64,000 bases of DNA. It comes from an uncultured virus (IMG/VR IMGVR_UViG_3300029305_011402) (taxonomy: Duplodnaviria; Heunggongvirae; Uroviricota; Caudoviricetes). Positions 29,514 to 38,832 of this stretch are shown piece after piece (within the stretch, counting starts at the first letter, position 1; every line of letters starts with the position of its first letter). The stretch lies in the IMG/VR virus record IMGVR_UViG_3300029305_011402. One strand, given 5' to 3'. The position numbers and the translations under genes were made by a program. A model generated the notes under the pieces. That model worked only from the letters and a program-made list of their open reading frames with translations, had not been told where the DNA came from and did not search any database.

Positions 29514-30051
29514 TTGCCAACCTCTCCTCAACACGTCTGATAAGAGCAAGGTCTTTATCACTTACATTTTGCAAGCCTTTCACAACGCCTTCGACTTCAG
29601 ATTTATCTTTTTGGTCGTGGTTGTTTACTGCCTCGAATTTAGCATAAACAGGGTTGTATAAGCCTGTAATTGCTAAAGATTTTAATTTTCCAAGTTGAAT
29701 CTCTTTCGCACGTGCGTAACAGTCTGAAAAACGGGGATACTCTTTCGTCCAATTCAACAGAGTCTTTGTTGTTACGCCTATGCTTGCAGCGAAAAGTTCA
29801 AATGTAGGGTATTCTGCAGGCATTATAATAGGTATTCTTGAAGTCAATTCTCCTTTATAATACGTTTCCTTATATTCAACTCTTGTAGGAGGTGCGTTAA
29901 AGAACGTAATAATTGCATCGCAGAAGTCCTCACTATACTTAACAGCAGCAGAATTTCCTTTCTTGAATCGAGTTTCCTTGCCTACAGTATTGTTTTTTTT
30001 GAACTTTGTATCTTTTTTAGTTTTTGTTTCGACTTTTTCTTTTTGACTCAT
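29485..30051 (-). CDS. terS: Terminase small subunit
   Basis: RFKKGN N-terminal motif; PTFELFA..IGV...TL.NW HTH; overlaps terL. Confidence 0.8.
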   Translation of the reverse strand: MSQKEKVETKTKKDTKFKKNNTVGKETRFKKGNSAAVKYSEDFCDAIITFFNAPPTRVEYKETYYKGELTSRIPIIMPAEYPTFELFAASIGVTTKTLLNWTKEYPRFSDCYARAKEIQLGKLKSLAITGLYNPVYAKFEAVNNHDQKDKSEVEGVVKGLQNVSDKDLALIRRVEERLANAEKNNKCN

Positions 30052-30073
30052 TTTTTTACACTCCTTTAATAAC

Positions 30074-30137
30074 AAAAATGAGCCCTGATACTCCAATTTG
30101 GAATATTTGGGCTCTGACCTCATAGGGTATATGGCAC
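30074..30137 (-). promoter_or_regulatory. GTGCCA..TGAG..AGAGCCC motif with hairpin (copy 2) in the terS leader
   Basis: Minus strand GTGCCAtataccctaTGAGgtcAGAGCCCaaATATTCCA-aat-TGGAGTATcaGGGCTCATTTTT. Confidence 0.65.
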
Positions 30138-30151
30138 TTTTACTATAAATA

Positions 30152-30190
30152 ATGTTATCACATATTTTAGTGTGGTTAGTCACTATTTAT
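30152..30190 (-). promoter_or_regulatory. Putative late promoter copy 2 (ATAAATAGTGAC-N16-TGTG-a-TAACAT)
   Basis: Same 12-mer and spacing as 14301-14339; between the RinA-like gene and terS. Confidence 0.7.
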
Positions 30191-30287
30191 AAAGTTATAT
30201 TGTTTTGATTTTTCCTTATTTAGTACTTAATATATATTTTATATTTATTTAATATTATATTATATATTATTTATATATATATTTATA

Positions 30288-30623
30288 TTATAATAGAGCA
30301 AGCCTTGTTGCTATATCGTAAATAAGTTTTCTTTTGCGTCTATAATATGCGTTTTTGGAGATTGCCCAATTCGCCTCAGAAAAGTCATAACCTCTGCGTT
30401 TTTGAATATCACGCAAGAGGCTTTTTCTTATTCCTAATTCCACGTCTTCAAGGGCTGCATCAATAATCGAGTTTAATTCAATGTAGCGAGCCAATACTGC
30501 ACCCGTAATATTGCCAAACTTTATGCTGCGTTCTCTACGTTCATAATCAACACATATTGTTTTTACTATATCTACAACGCTTGTAGGTATGTCATATTTA
30601 AAATACAGTTTTTGTCTTGCCAT
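30288..30623 (-). CDS. RinA/ArpU-like late transcriptional activator
   Basis: C-terminal ISKNAYYRRKRKLIYDIA..L.L helix-turn-helix; last gene before terS. Confidence 0.7.
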   Translation of the reverse strand: MARQKLYFKYDIPTSVVDIVKTICVDYERRERSIKFGNITGAVLARYIELNSIIDAALEDVELGIRKSLLRDIQKRRGYDFSEANWAISKNAYYRRKRKLIYDIATRLALL

Positions 30624-30632
30624 TATCTACCT

Positions 30633-31031
30633 CTATTTGTTGGGCTTATCTATGCCGTTATTTTTGTCTATTGTATTTAATAGGGTATTGTATTCTTGCA
30701 CCCACTCTAAAGGAAGTGGTAACTGATTGTCTAAATTGTATAAAATTGCTTTAATAATATCGAAATACCTCTCCTCGTCGTGCTGTTTCTTTGATTTTAA
30801 TATCTGTTGCTTTCCACTAAGCCTGCCAATATTGACAATAATAGGTATCGAAAAGCCGTTGATAATTTTATATTTTATTACCTGTCTGTCTTTATCGTTA
30901 ATATGTATAAATAAGGACGGTTTTGTTGTTACCTTGCCACTTGGACCCTGCACACTTATACAATGCACGCAAGCAGCAGTATTTTTATTTTTGCAGTCTT
31001 TACAGTCATAACTATTATTATTCTTCTTCAT
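30633..31031 (-). CDS. Cys-containing phage hypothetical protein
   Basis: CKDC...CVHC; in operon. Confidence 0.55.
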   Translation of the reverse strand: MKKNNNSYDCKDCKNKNTAACVHCISVQGPSGKVTTKPSLFIHINDKDRQVIKYKIINGFSIPIIVNIGRLSGKQQILKSKKQHDEERYFDIIKAILYNLDNQLPLPLEWVQEYNTLLNTIDKNNGIDKPNK

Positions 31032-31422
31032 AATTGTACCTATTCTCCTTTTTAGATGCTAAATTCATAAGTTCTATAGCCTTTGTGAAGTTTACCTCTT
31101 TTTTGCCAAGTTCTATTGTTTCAAAAACCTTGTCTGTTATTTCTTGTTCGCTTACAACAAGGTCCTTGTCTTGTTTCTTAGCCACCTGAAGAAGTGGAAT
31201 GACGGCGGCGTTTCTAATAAAAGTAAATAACATTACTTTTAGATATTTAATTTCTTGTTCTTTTTGTTCAAGGCACTTAACGCCTTTGTTTCTGATATTT
31301 TTTATATCTTTTATAGTTTGATTTTGATATTCTTCAAACGTATAATTGTTTGCGTTCGCCTCTTTGTTTCTACTCAAAAAGGCGTTGCAATATTCTTTAA
31401 AAGTTAATTTTTTGGTTTTCAT
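31018..31422 (-). CDS. Phage hypothetical protein
   Basis: Overlapping ORF in operon with RBS. Confidence 0.55.
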   Translation of the reverse strand: MKTKKLTFKEYCNAFLSRNKEANANNYTFEEYQNQTIKDIKNIRNKGVKCLEQKEQEIKYLKVMLFTFIRNAAVIPLLQVAKKQDKDLVVSEQEITDKVFETIELGKKEVNFTKAIELMNLASKKENRYNYEEE

Positions 31423-32305
31423 TGTTATTTACCTCAACTTTTTCATTATCTTTATTAAACTCCTCAAGAAGTGTTTTCATATATTCCTGACAGCAAGCGT
31501 CGCAAACCTCTTGTTTGTCTTTTTGGTTGTCAATGCAGAGTTTTAAAACAACCTCGACTCCTTGCTTGCCACATTTTCCACATTTCTTCTTTTCGTTTAG
31601 TGGAATTGCTTTAATTATAAAATAATTTTTCATATTAAACCTCACTTTATCTTTTTTAACTAAAATATATAATATTATTTCTAACAAAAGTGCAGCAGCC
31701 CACACTAAAATCATAAACGGAAAGCCGCCACCTGCAATATTTATAACTTGTAATGTTAAAATCATTGTCACAAGTCCTATAAGTCTTCCTACGACGTTTG
31801 CAAGTATGTAAAAAGATTGGTTAAAATTTACTGCACCTGCACACAAGCAAAGTAAGTCGTCTGGAAACAATGGAAGAAGTACAGACGCCGCATAAAGCCA
31901 TTTGCCTTTTTTATTTAATATCTCAGACCATTTATAGTAGTCTTCTTCGCTGCCTGCACACCACTTTACAGCCCGTTTGCCGAACTTTTTGCCTAACCAA
32001 TAAGCAAACATACAACCGAACATATAACTAACCCATACGGTGCAAATAAACGTGGAATCAAGCAGTTTTATACCTATACTTGAACACGCACTTAAAATAA
32101 CGTAAGCGGGAATATTTAAAATTGTAACCTGCAGGAACATAATAATTCCAATAATTATGTACACATACGCTGCATCTGCATTGTAAATTATGTTCTGAAA
32201 TAAACCAATCACAGCAGGAATAGAAAATATAATTTCAAACAGCAGCATAATCGCCGTCGTTACAACGGCAACTTTTAATAATTTTAGTATTTGTTCTTTT
32301 CTCAT
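31397..32305 (-). CDS. DedA/VTT (TVP38/TMEM64-like) membrane protein, in frame with a Cys-rich 78-aa module
   Basis: GCMFAYWLGKKFG and LLPLFPDDLLC..AG motifs; internal ATG at 31633 with its own GTGAGG RBS. Confidence 0.8.
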   Translation of the reverse strand: MRKEQILKLLKVAVVTTAIMLLFEIIFSIPAVIGLFQNIIYNADAAYVYIIIGIIMFLQVTILNIPAYVILSACSSIGIKLLDSTFICTVWVSYMFGCMFAYWLGKKFGKRAVKWCAGSEEDYYKWSEILNKKGKWLYAASVLLPLFPDDLLCLCAGAVNFNQSFYILANVVGRLIGLVTMILTLQVINIAGGGFPFMILVWAAALLLEIILYILVKKDKVRFNMKNYFIIKAIPLNEKKKCGKCGKQGVEVVLKLCIDNQKDKQEVCDACCQEYMKTLLEEFNKDNEKVEVNNNENQKINF

Positions 32306-32730
32306 AACCCCTCCGATATTTTTCGTTTCTCATAATTTATCAAAACTTTAATATCGAAGTTGTGAGATATAAATTTTTCACAAAGTTTAGGGTTGACGTC
32401 ATTACCTAACAATGTATAGATAATTTCCCAATCGTCCTCAACAAAATTTGTGTTTAAAAATTCATTCATACAATCAGATACAAATTGATTATATTTGTCA
32501 TTTGAAGATTGTTTAACAAAAGGCTGTGTTTTAAAAGCATCTCTTGAAAACCAAGTAATTGCTTTTCTTTGCAAATCTCTTAAGCAATTACAATCTTTTA
32601 AATTAAAATAAAGGTTAGTTCTTTTTACGGCTATAAATTCTCCACTATGATTTACAAAACTTTGTGGAAAACATATTAAAAGCCTATGTACCTCTCTTAA
32701 AAACTCGTCTGATTTATCTTTAAATATCAT
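32302..32730 (-). CDS. Phage hypothetical protein
   Basis: 142 aa, GGAG RBS, IYT.LGN.VN motif. Confidence 0.6.
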   Translation of the reverse strand: MIFKDKSDEFLREVHRLLICFPQSFVNHSGEFIAVKRTNLYFNLKDCNCLRDLQRKAITWFSRDAFKTQPFVKQSSNDKYNQFVSDCMNEFLNTNFVEDDWEIIYTLLGNDVNPKLCEKFISHNFDIKVLINYEKRKISEGL

Positions 32731-32739
32731 ATTTTCTCC

Positions 32740-33006
32740 TTATTTTTTCCTTGTTTCAGCCCTGTGTTTTGCATCATAAGAATTATGACACTTTTGACAC
32801 AAGGCTCTTAAGTTATCATAGTTACAGTTTTCAGGCGTGTGGTCCAAATGTGCTATTGTTAAAACTACCTTTGAACCATTTTCACGAATGATATAGTTTT
32901 CAATTCCACAAAACTCACATTTGTTATTTGCTCTCAACAATATGTCTGCTCTAATTTGTTTCCAACTTGCAGGGTAACGTTTTCTATTCTCAGGTTTTAT
33001 TGGCAT
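32740..33006 (-). CDS. Small HNH endonuclease
   Basis: CEFCG...LTIAHLDH.PENC...NLRALCQKCHN. Confidence 0.85.
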   Translation of the reverse strand: MPIKPENRKRYPASWKQIRADILLRANNKCEFCGIENYIIRENGSKVVLTIAHLDHTPENCNYDNLRALCQKCHNSYDAKHRAETRKK

Positions 33007-33008
33007 AC

Positions 33009-33218
33009 TTAACTATATATCTCCTCTAATTGTTTATCAATTTCGTTTATCTTTAAAATTTGCAAGCCTTTTAAATGGTATATTTTGTCCATTTTTGTAT
33101 CAAGGTCGTCTTCGCTCGACAGTATCTCTATTTCTAAAAGCCTGTACCAAATGTCAATTTCGTCAAGCATTATTTTTCGTTGACATTTAATTATTTGCTC
33201 TCGAATGTGGTTGTCCAT
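33009..33218 (-). CDS. Phage hypothetical protein
   Basis: Translationally coupled small ORF. Confidence 0.5.
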   Translation of the reverse strand: MDNHIREQIIKCQRKIMLDEIDIWYRLLEIEILSSEDDLDTKMDKIYHLKGLQILKINEIDKQLEEIYS

Positions 33219-33454
33219 TATTTCTCCTTATTTTTGCGTTTTTTTGTCTTCCAAATGTCTGCAATAAGAGAAGTAAAAAACATAAGAAGAAATGTAAAAC
33301 TTGATAACGCCATAAGTGAAAAGCCATAGATAAACATTAAATCGTCGTCCATTGCAAACAATGCACTAAAATATCTTAATGTAAGCCCTGTTATTCCAAC
33401 CAAAGCAACGACTAAAATCACGGTTCTAATAATTTTTGTATTTAATTTACTCAC
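33218..33454 (-). CDS. Small two-TM membrane protein
   Basis: Two hydrophobic helices, basic tail. Confidence 0.55.
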   Translation of the reverse strand: MSKLNTKIIRTVILVVALVGITGLTLRYFSALFAMDDDLMFIYGFSLMALSSFTFLLMFFTSLIADIWKTKKRKNKEK

Positions 33455-33986
33455 AATCTTTCCCTCCCTCTATTTGCAATCTATACTCGTGTTTTTCGAG
33501 TCTTTCTGCGAGTTCAAGCATTTTCAAGTCTTCGTCGGACATAAAAAACTTTTGTTTTTCTTCACACTTTTTGTTAGGAGGAGGAAAAATTTTGTTAGCC
33601 TGCACGAAAGCGTTATAAAATCTATCAGATTCAATTTTAAGATAATGTAAATAAAAGTTATATTTCGCTTTAATTTCTAAAAACTCGGCAGCAGTACATT
33701 TGATAATGTATTTATTCTTTTTAATACCGTAGGTGTAAAGTCCTTTTTCTTCCTCAACCTCATTGCCAACAACAGAATAAATCACTTGAGAAATAAGTTC
33801 TCTTGCTTTAAACAATTTAGGTATCTTAAAATCAAAATCTTTTACTGTTTCTTCAGCAATTTCTTCCTCTGTAATGTTGTACTTAAGCATTAACTCTGCG
33901 AGTAGTTTCTGAGCGTTTTCTTTTTCTCCTCCAACGCCGCCGTCAGCCAATGCTTTAATCTTCTTGATTAACTCCTGTTTGTCCAT
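33447..33986 (-). CDS. DUF2786-like phage protein
   Basis: KIKALA..G..GEKENA..LL..LM.KY N-terminal motif. Confidence 0.7.
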   Translation of the reverse strand: MDKQELIKKIKALADGGVGGEKENAQKLLAELMLKYNITEEEIAEETVKDFDFKIPKLFKARELISQVIYSVVGNEVEEEKGLYTYGIKKNKYIIKCTAAEFLEIKAKYNFYLHYLKIESDRFYNAFVQANKIFPPPNKKCEEKQKFFMSDEDLKMLELAERLEKHEYRLQIEGGKDCE

Positions 33987-34311
33987 AGTTCTCCTTTTCT
34001 AATTCTTCAATTTTTTCAAGCAATGTTTCTTGCAAAAAGTAAATATTTGTTCCTCTCAACGGTTTTGTATCAGCAATATATCTCTTTAGTTTTTCCCACC
34101 TTAAATCAAGCATCTTAATTTTGTGATTTTTTTCTTCCTCCATTTCCTCAAACATTTCTTGATAATGCTCAACGGCACTCTTAAGAATGGTTAGAAAGTT
34201 ATTTGATTTGTTTTTTTCCAAAATTGCAAGTGCTTGACTTTTTATTGTAAATTCCTTTTCGAGTTCTTTGTAAGCTCTCTCAAGTTGTTCTGCGTCTTTA
34301 AATTTTTCCAT
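33955..34311 (-). CDS. Coiled-coil protein starting with a capsid-scaffold-like motif
   Basis: KFKDAEQLERAYKELEKEFTIKSQAL is 16/26 identical to a segment of 57495..58166. Confidence 0.55.
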   Translation of the reverse strand: MEKFKDAEQLERAYKELEKEFTIKSQALAILEKNKSNNFLTILKSAVEHYQEMFEEMEEEKNHKIKMLDLRWEKLKRYIADTKPLRGTNIYFLQETLLEKIEELEKENYGQTGVNQED

Positions 34312-34312
34312 A

Positions 34313-34669
34313 TCAAACCTCTAAAATCTTTAATTGTTTAAATATTTTAAATATCTTAGGGCTTTGAATTGCAAACCAATCTGTCATTTCTTCGCTCATT
34401 GCCCATTGTTGAACATTGAAACTATTACACCATAAACCGCTTTCGTACATAAATGCGTGAATAATCTCGTGTCTTAAAATACGCCTGTCTACAGATTGCA
34501 GATTTTCCAAGTCCATTATGTCTAAATCTTCTTTTTCTCTTTTTACACAAACAATAGTTTTATTTGTATAATCGCAATAGCCGTCGCATTTCTCAAGTTT
34601 TGCATCTTGTTTTTTGTTTTTGCATTGTATTTTGTATTGCGTTCCTAAAATGTTTACTTTTTTATTCAT
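34313..34669 (-). CDS. Small zincin-like (HExxH) phage protein
   Basis: GYCD...ILRHEIIHAF...EEMTDWFA. Confidence 0.7.
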   Translation of the reverse strand: MNKKVNILGTQYKIQCKNKKQDAKLEKCDGYCDYTNKTIVCVKREKEDLDIMDLENLQSVDRRILRHEIIHAFMYESGLWCNSFNVQQWAMSEEMTDWFAIQSPKIFKIFKQLKILEV

Positions 34670-34671
34670 AA

Positions 34672-35079
34672 TTAACCTCCCTCCATATCGGGCGTTGGCA
34701 CATACCAAACAATTTTCCAATGATAAGGGTCTGTTGTTGTGTTTTCGAGTTGCTCTATAACATAAGTAACATTGCTGTCAATACTAAAATAATCAATCTT
34801 GTATTTGTCCGCACCAATTTTAAAAACGAGCCCTATTTCTTGTTGTCCTTGATATTCGTTGCTGTAGGTTGTTTGTATAGAGAAATACCCCTCAGCACTA
34901 TATAAAAGTTTGTTTGTGTAAAGATTTACAAATGTCATTTTTCTGTAAACATTAAATCTATTCGCCTCAACTTGTATATTGTGAGTTACTGTTTCGGCTT
35001 GGTCGCAACCTGTTAATGCGAACATACACATTAAAATTGGTATTAAAACTAAAATAAAAATTAAAATTTTTTTCTTCAT
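34672..35079 (-). CDS. Phage lipoprotein
   Basis: Signal peptide with lipobox ALTG-C; beta-rich mature region. Confidence 0.75.
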   Translation of the reverse strand: MKKKILIFILVLIPILMCMFALTGCDQAETVTHNIQVEANRFNVYRKMTFVNLYTNKLLYSAEGYFSIQTTYSNEYQGQQEIGLVFKIGADKYKIDYFSIDSNVTYVIEQLENTTTDPYHWKIVWYVPTPDMEGG

Positions 35080-35080
35080 A

Positions 35081-35278
35081 TTATGCTCCCTTTGTTAGGT
35101 GGCTAATTGCCTCTAAATATTCATTTTCGCTGTAATAAATTCTCTGAGGTTCTTTAGATTGCAGCGTGTTTTCAACATACAAAACAGCACCCCATTTGTC
35201 CTTATGGTATCTTACCAGCCCGTTCAGAGTCTGTTCTTTAAATATTTTTTTAACGTATTTATCTTCCCAAAGTTTCAC
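35081..35278 (-). CDS. Phage hypothetical protein
   Basis: GTG start with GGAG RBS, in operon. Confidence 0.5.
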   Translation of the reverse strand: MKLWEDKYVKKIFKEQTLNGLVRYHKDKWGAVLYVENTLQSKEPQRIYYSENEYLEAISHLTKGA

Positions 35279-35279
35279 G

Positions 35280-35885
35280 CTATTTTATCTCCTTTTTAAG
35301 TTCTTCTATCAGAGTATCAACAAAACTCCATAATGGGTAACTTTCAACAACGTTACATTCGTGTTCATAATCAAAGTAAGCATTGTTATCTATCTCGTCT
35401 TTTATAGTTTCTAATTTTTTAATACAGAATGAAATTTTGTTTTGTTCCATTTCTTTAAGGTGTTTATAATGAATGCTCGCTTGTTTTTTAAGTTGTTTAT
35501 CGCTCGCTTTTTCCTGCTCAATTAGTGTATCAGTAAATTTCTTTTCTCTCTCCACAAGTTCATTTTTTAAGCCTTGATACAGCCCCATTATTTCCCAAGT
35601 TCTGTCACTTTCTTTTGTCATTTGGTTTAAATCTTCAACAACCTCTTTTAGACTTCTTTCTTTTTTGTAATCAGAAAAGATATTGCAGTAATAAATAATT
35701 TTGTCATTTTCTAATTTCCAGCCTCTGCAACTATCTGCTTTTTGCAGTTCGTTTAACTTTTCTTCTAAGATTCTTATCTTGCATTGGTCGTATAAGTCTT
35801 CTTCGTTATCGTGCTTGATTCCGTCAGCGACAATTTTTTTACATTGGGTACAAATAAAGCCAACATTTTTAACAAAGTTTTTCAT
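35280..35885 (-). CDS. Phage hypothetical coiled-coil protein
   Basis: GGAGG RBS, CTQC motif. Confidence 0.55.
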   Translation of the reverse strand: MKNFVKNVGFICTQCKKIVADGIKHDNEEDLYDQCKIRILEEKLNELQKADSCRGWKLENDKIIYYCNIFSDYKKERSLKEVVEDLNQMTKESDRTWEIMGLYQGLKNELVEREKKFTDTLIEQEKASDKQLKKQASIHYKHLKEMEQNKISFCIKKLETIKDEIDNNAYFDYEHECNVVESYPLWSFVDTLIEELKKEIK

Positions 35886-36414
35886 TGTTTGCCTCCTCCA
35901 CATAACACCAACTCTGAGGTGGTCTTTTTAGTTTTTTCCTGCAGATAAATTCTCCCAAACTTCTTTGTTTATCATAAACAATTAAGTCTTCAATGTGCCA
36001 CACAAAAAATCTGTTTCCTTTTGTGTAATCACTTACTTGTTGAGCAGACAAGCAGCAGCATTTTTCCATAACGTAAGCATTGTAAATTTGATTTTTTTCA
36101 ATAACTTCAGTTTCTTTTAGAGTAAACTCTGCAACAACTTTTCCGTTTAAATACGGAATTGAACTTGCAATCACGTTATAAGAATTTATACTTGCTCTTA
36201 CAAATCTTTTTGTTTTACCTTGTTTTACTTTGTTTTCTAAACTAACAACGTCGCATCTTGACAAGTCATAGAGCATATTGCCGTGAGTGCAGTAAATATA
36301 AACCTTACAAGGTAAGTCGCATTTAGGAACACTTTTCCTGAGTTCTGCAATTTTTTGATTATTTAATATTTTTTCAACCCATTGAGGTTGAATAGACAAC
36401 ATAATACTTTTCAT
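35869..36414 (-). CDS. ASCH/PUA-domain protein
   Basis: MLSIQPQWVEKIL...K..ELRK, VYIYCT and PPQSWCYV motifs. Confidence 0.85.
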   Translation of the reverse strand: MKSIMLSIQPQWVEKILNNQKIAELRKSVPKCDLPCKVYIYCTHGNMLYDLSRCDVVSLENKVKQGKTKRFVRASINSYNVIASSIPYLNGKVVAEFTLKETEVIEKNQIYNAYVMEKCCCLSAQQVSDYTKGNRFFVWHIEDLIVYDKQRSLGEFICRKKLKRPPQSWCYVEEANNEKLC

Positions 36415-36611
36415 TATTCCTCCTTGTCCCAACCTATAGGACATTTTTTCCACATATCTTTTAACTCGTAAACAGAGCCTCTTTTTGCTTTTAAAGCCTT
36501 ATAGCAAAGGCAAGTGATAAATTCTCTGTCTATCTTAACCGCAACACACTCTAAGCAAGATTTTGGTTTAAATATTTTCCCTTTTTGTGCCTGCATTTTT
36601 GTTTTCTCCAT
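36414..36611 (-). CDS. Small Cys-rich phage protein
   Basis: PKSCLEC...CPI. Confidence 0.5.
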   Translation of the reverse strand: MEKTKMQAQKGKIFKPKSCLECVAVKIDREFITCLCYKALKAKRGSVYELKDMWKKCPIGWDKEE

Positions 36612-36792
36612 TTAAAATATCGTTTGGAATATCTAAAACTATCTCCAATCTTTCCTCATTGATTGTTGTGCAGAGCCTTGCTTGGTTTGGTTGTCTTTTA
36701 TACAAGGGGCACTCTTTTCTGCATTTGTGCCCCTGTGCATCACAAATATTTGCTATTTGTTGTTTTGTTAAGTTTTTAACCTTTATTTTCAT
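36568..36792 (-). CDS. Small Cys-rich phage protein
   Basis: C...CRKECPL; start at MKIK. Confidence 0.5.
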   Translation of the reverse strand: MKIKVKNLTKQQIANICDAQGHKCRKECPLYKRQPNQARLCTTINEERLEIVLDIPNDILNGENKNAGTKRENI

Positions 36793-37036
36793 TCTCTCCA
36801 CACCTCGAAATGCCTGCATTTGCCCACATAACAACTTCCTCAAGTTTTGTCATAGCAAGAGATTTTTCTCTGCCGTTTGGAACATTCTCCTCAATCAAGT
36901 AGGCGAGGTATTTTGCCTCGTCCCTAATTAACGGGTATTTTTTAATTTGTTCTGCATTTGGTGCGTGATATGTAAATCTGTTTTCAATATCTTGGTTTAA
37001 AGGTTTTGCTGGTATATCTTGAAATTTATTGTTCAT
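36776..37036 (-). CDS. Acb2/Tad1-like helical-hairpin protein (candidate anti-defence nucleotide sponge)
   Basis: RFTYHAP...GREKSLAMTKLEE..MWANA.I motif. Confidence 0.7.
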   Translation of the reverse strand: MNNKFQDIPAKPLNQDIENRFTYHAPNAEQIKKYPLIRDEAKYLAYLIEENVPNGREKSLAMTKLEEVVMWANAGISRCGENENKG

Positions 37037-37625
37037 TTGACGCCTCCTGTATTCTATTTACAGAAACTTCTAAAGCCTTTCTTTCAACACTTTCATTTTC
37101 ATTTAATTTTTTAGTGTATATACGGCTTTGTATTCTTCCCTCAACGGCAACTTTTGCTCCTACAGTAAGTTGTCCAATATGAATTGCTGTGCGTCCCCAA
37201 ATAATACAAGGAATATAGTCTGATTTACCTCTTTCTCTGTTTACAGCCAATAGAATATCGCAAATATTTCTACCCAATGGAGTTGTTCTTAAAATCGGTT
37301 CTTTACAAATTGTTCCTGTAAAATAAATTGTATTTATGTCTTTTTCGTAATCTTTTACGTCTTTAGCAAAGAATACAATTATTAGCCTGCTTTTATCTTC
37401 TATAACCCTGTTGTAAGCCCTTATTTGTCCTGTAAGGCATACTTGTTCGCCAATATTGACGTTTTTTAATATATATCGTGAAACGTTTACAGGAATCATA
37501 TCTTCAGTTCCACTTTCTCTTTTAATTGCTAAGTCAAATGAATAAAATTCTTCTCCACAGCAAACATATACTGCAGGTTCTGTTGCTACGGTACCTGCCA
37601 ACACCGCATCGTTGTTATTTTTCAT
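37026..37625 (-). CDS. ssb: Single-stranded DNA-binding protein (tandem OB folds)
   Basis: R.TPLGR.ICD..LAVNR...SDYIPCI.WGR...GRIQSR.Y. Confidence 0.9.
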   Translation of the reverse strand: MKNNNDAVLAGTVATEPAVYVCCGEEFYSFDLAIKRESGTEDMIPVNVSRYILKNVNIGEQVCLTGQIRAYNRVIEDKSRLIIVFFAKDVKDYEKDINTIYFTGTICKEPILRTTPLGRNICDILLAVNRERGKSDYIPCIIWGRTAIHIGQLTVGAKVAVEGRIQSRIYTKKLNENESVERKALEVSVNRIQEASNEQ

Positions 37626-37639
37626 AATTCCTCCAAAAT

Positions 37640-38401
37640 TTACATAATTGACATTTTTGATTTGTTCCACAAGGTAGATATGAGGTAGTTTTGCTTGTTT
37701 TTAACTTCGCCTTTCGTTGTTTTTTCCTCAACCTCTGCAACTGCGTCCCATAATTCATTAAATTTATCGTCATTTCTCAAGAAATTGTTTAAAACTTCTA
37801 AAAATTCAATAGTTTTAATTGTTCTTTTATTGATTTTTAAAGACTGCTTATCTTGTATTTCTTCAAGAATGTTATTTGTGAGTGTTCTCGCACTCATTAC
37901 TTGTTCAAACCCAACCGTAAGAGGTTCTTTTTCTGCAGCAAGATTGTCAAAATTGTTATTGATAATCTCTTTGTACCACTCAAAAGCATCTCTAAATTTC
38001 TCGTTTTCTTCTTCGTTTATCTCAGGTTCAACTTCTTCCATTTTTATTTGTTGAGCATTTGGCTTATCTTCTTCTTTCCACCTTGCACTTGCTGCTTGTT
38101 TTCTTGCTGCAGAGATTTCAGCCCTCTTTTTAATATTTCTTAAAACTCTGTCCGAAAATATTTTTCCTTTTTTAATAGTAAAAAGGTCATAATTTCTTAT
38201 AATAGCCTCACACATTTCTGCGTCCACTTGTAAATCATAAGCAATATTTACAATGTCAGACTCTTTTATGTAGCCGCCCTCCTCGTGCAGTATTTCAACA
38301 AAGCACCAATAAAACCCAACGCCTTGCAAGCCGTAATCTTTTCTTACGGCTCTTAAACTCAACCTCGCACCGTAGTCGTGTGGGAAATATTCATTTGACA
38401 T
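37640..38401 (-). CDS. Phage replication initiator (DUF4373/Lin1244-like N-terminus)
   Basis: YFPHD...YG..G.GFYW..VE.L N-terminal motif. Confidence 0.75.
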   Translation of the reverse strand: MSNEYFPHDYGARLSLRAVRKDYGLQGVGFYWCFVEILHEEGGYIKESDIVNIAYDLQVDAEMCEAIIRNYDLFTIKKGKIFSDRVLRNIKKRAEISAARKQAASARWKEEDKPNAQQIKMEEVEPEINEEENEKFRDAFEWYKEIINNNFDNLAAEKEPLTVGFEQVMSARTLTNNILEEIQDKQSLKINKRTIKTIEFLEVLNNFLRNDDKFNELWDAVAEVEEKTTKGEVKNKQNYLISTLWNKSKMSIM

Positions 38402-38413
38402 TATTTAGCCCTC

Positions 38414-38830
38414 CTATTTGTATTCGTCAATTTCTACCTTGACTTTAGGTTCTAAAGCATATTTTTTAATTATTGTTAATTGAATTATTTGTGTATCGTC
38501 CTTGTAAGCAACGTTATTAAGTGCATCACAAATTATTTTTGCTATATTGTCTGCATCAGGCTTTTTCTGAGGGTAAATTAGCCCCTCAGTAGCCTCTAAT
38601 GTTTTTCTTTTTGAAAATGATTTAGGAATTTCAAAAAATGCTGTAATTTGCATTTTAATTGCCTTATCAAAAAGGCAATAATCTTCCCCTTTTTCCTGTA
38701 GGAAACTTACTTTTACCAAGTTCTCATATAAAACGTCATTTTTAGCCTTTAATGCTTGTGGAAAGCCGTGTATTGTAGAAAACTTTGGTCTGCTTTTGCC
38801 TGCAGGAGCACCTATAACTTCAAATTGCAT
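38414..38830 (-). CDS. rusA: RusA-like Holliday junction resolvase
   Basis: KKPDADNIAKIICDALN..AYKDD.QI. Confidence 0.92.
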   Translation of the reverse strand: MQFEVIGAPAGKSRPKFSTIHGFPQALKAKNDVLYENLVKVSFLQEKGEDYCLFDKAIKMQITAFFEIPKSFSKRKTLEATEGLIYPQKKPDADNIAKIICDALNNVAYKDDTQIIQLTIIKKYALEPKVKVEIDEYK

Positions 38831-38832
38831 AA

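Noticed and set aside
30191..30290. Very AT-rich tract as a replication origin
   Set aside because: No iterons and far from the initiator gene; could be a packaging or promoter-upstream region but unsupported
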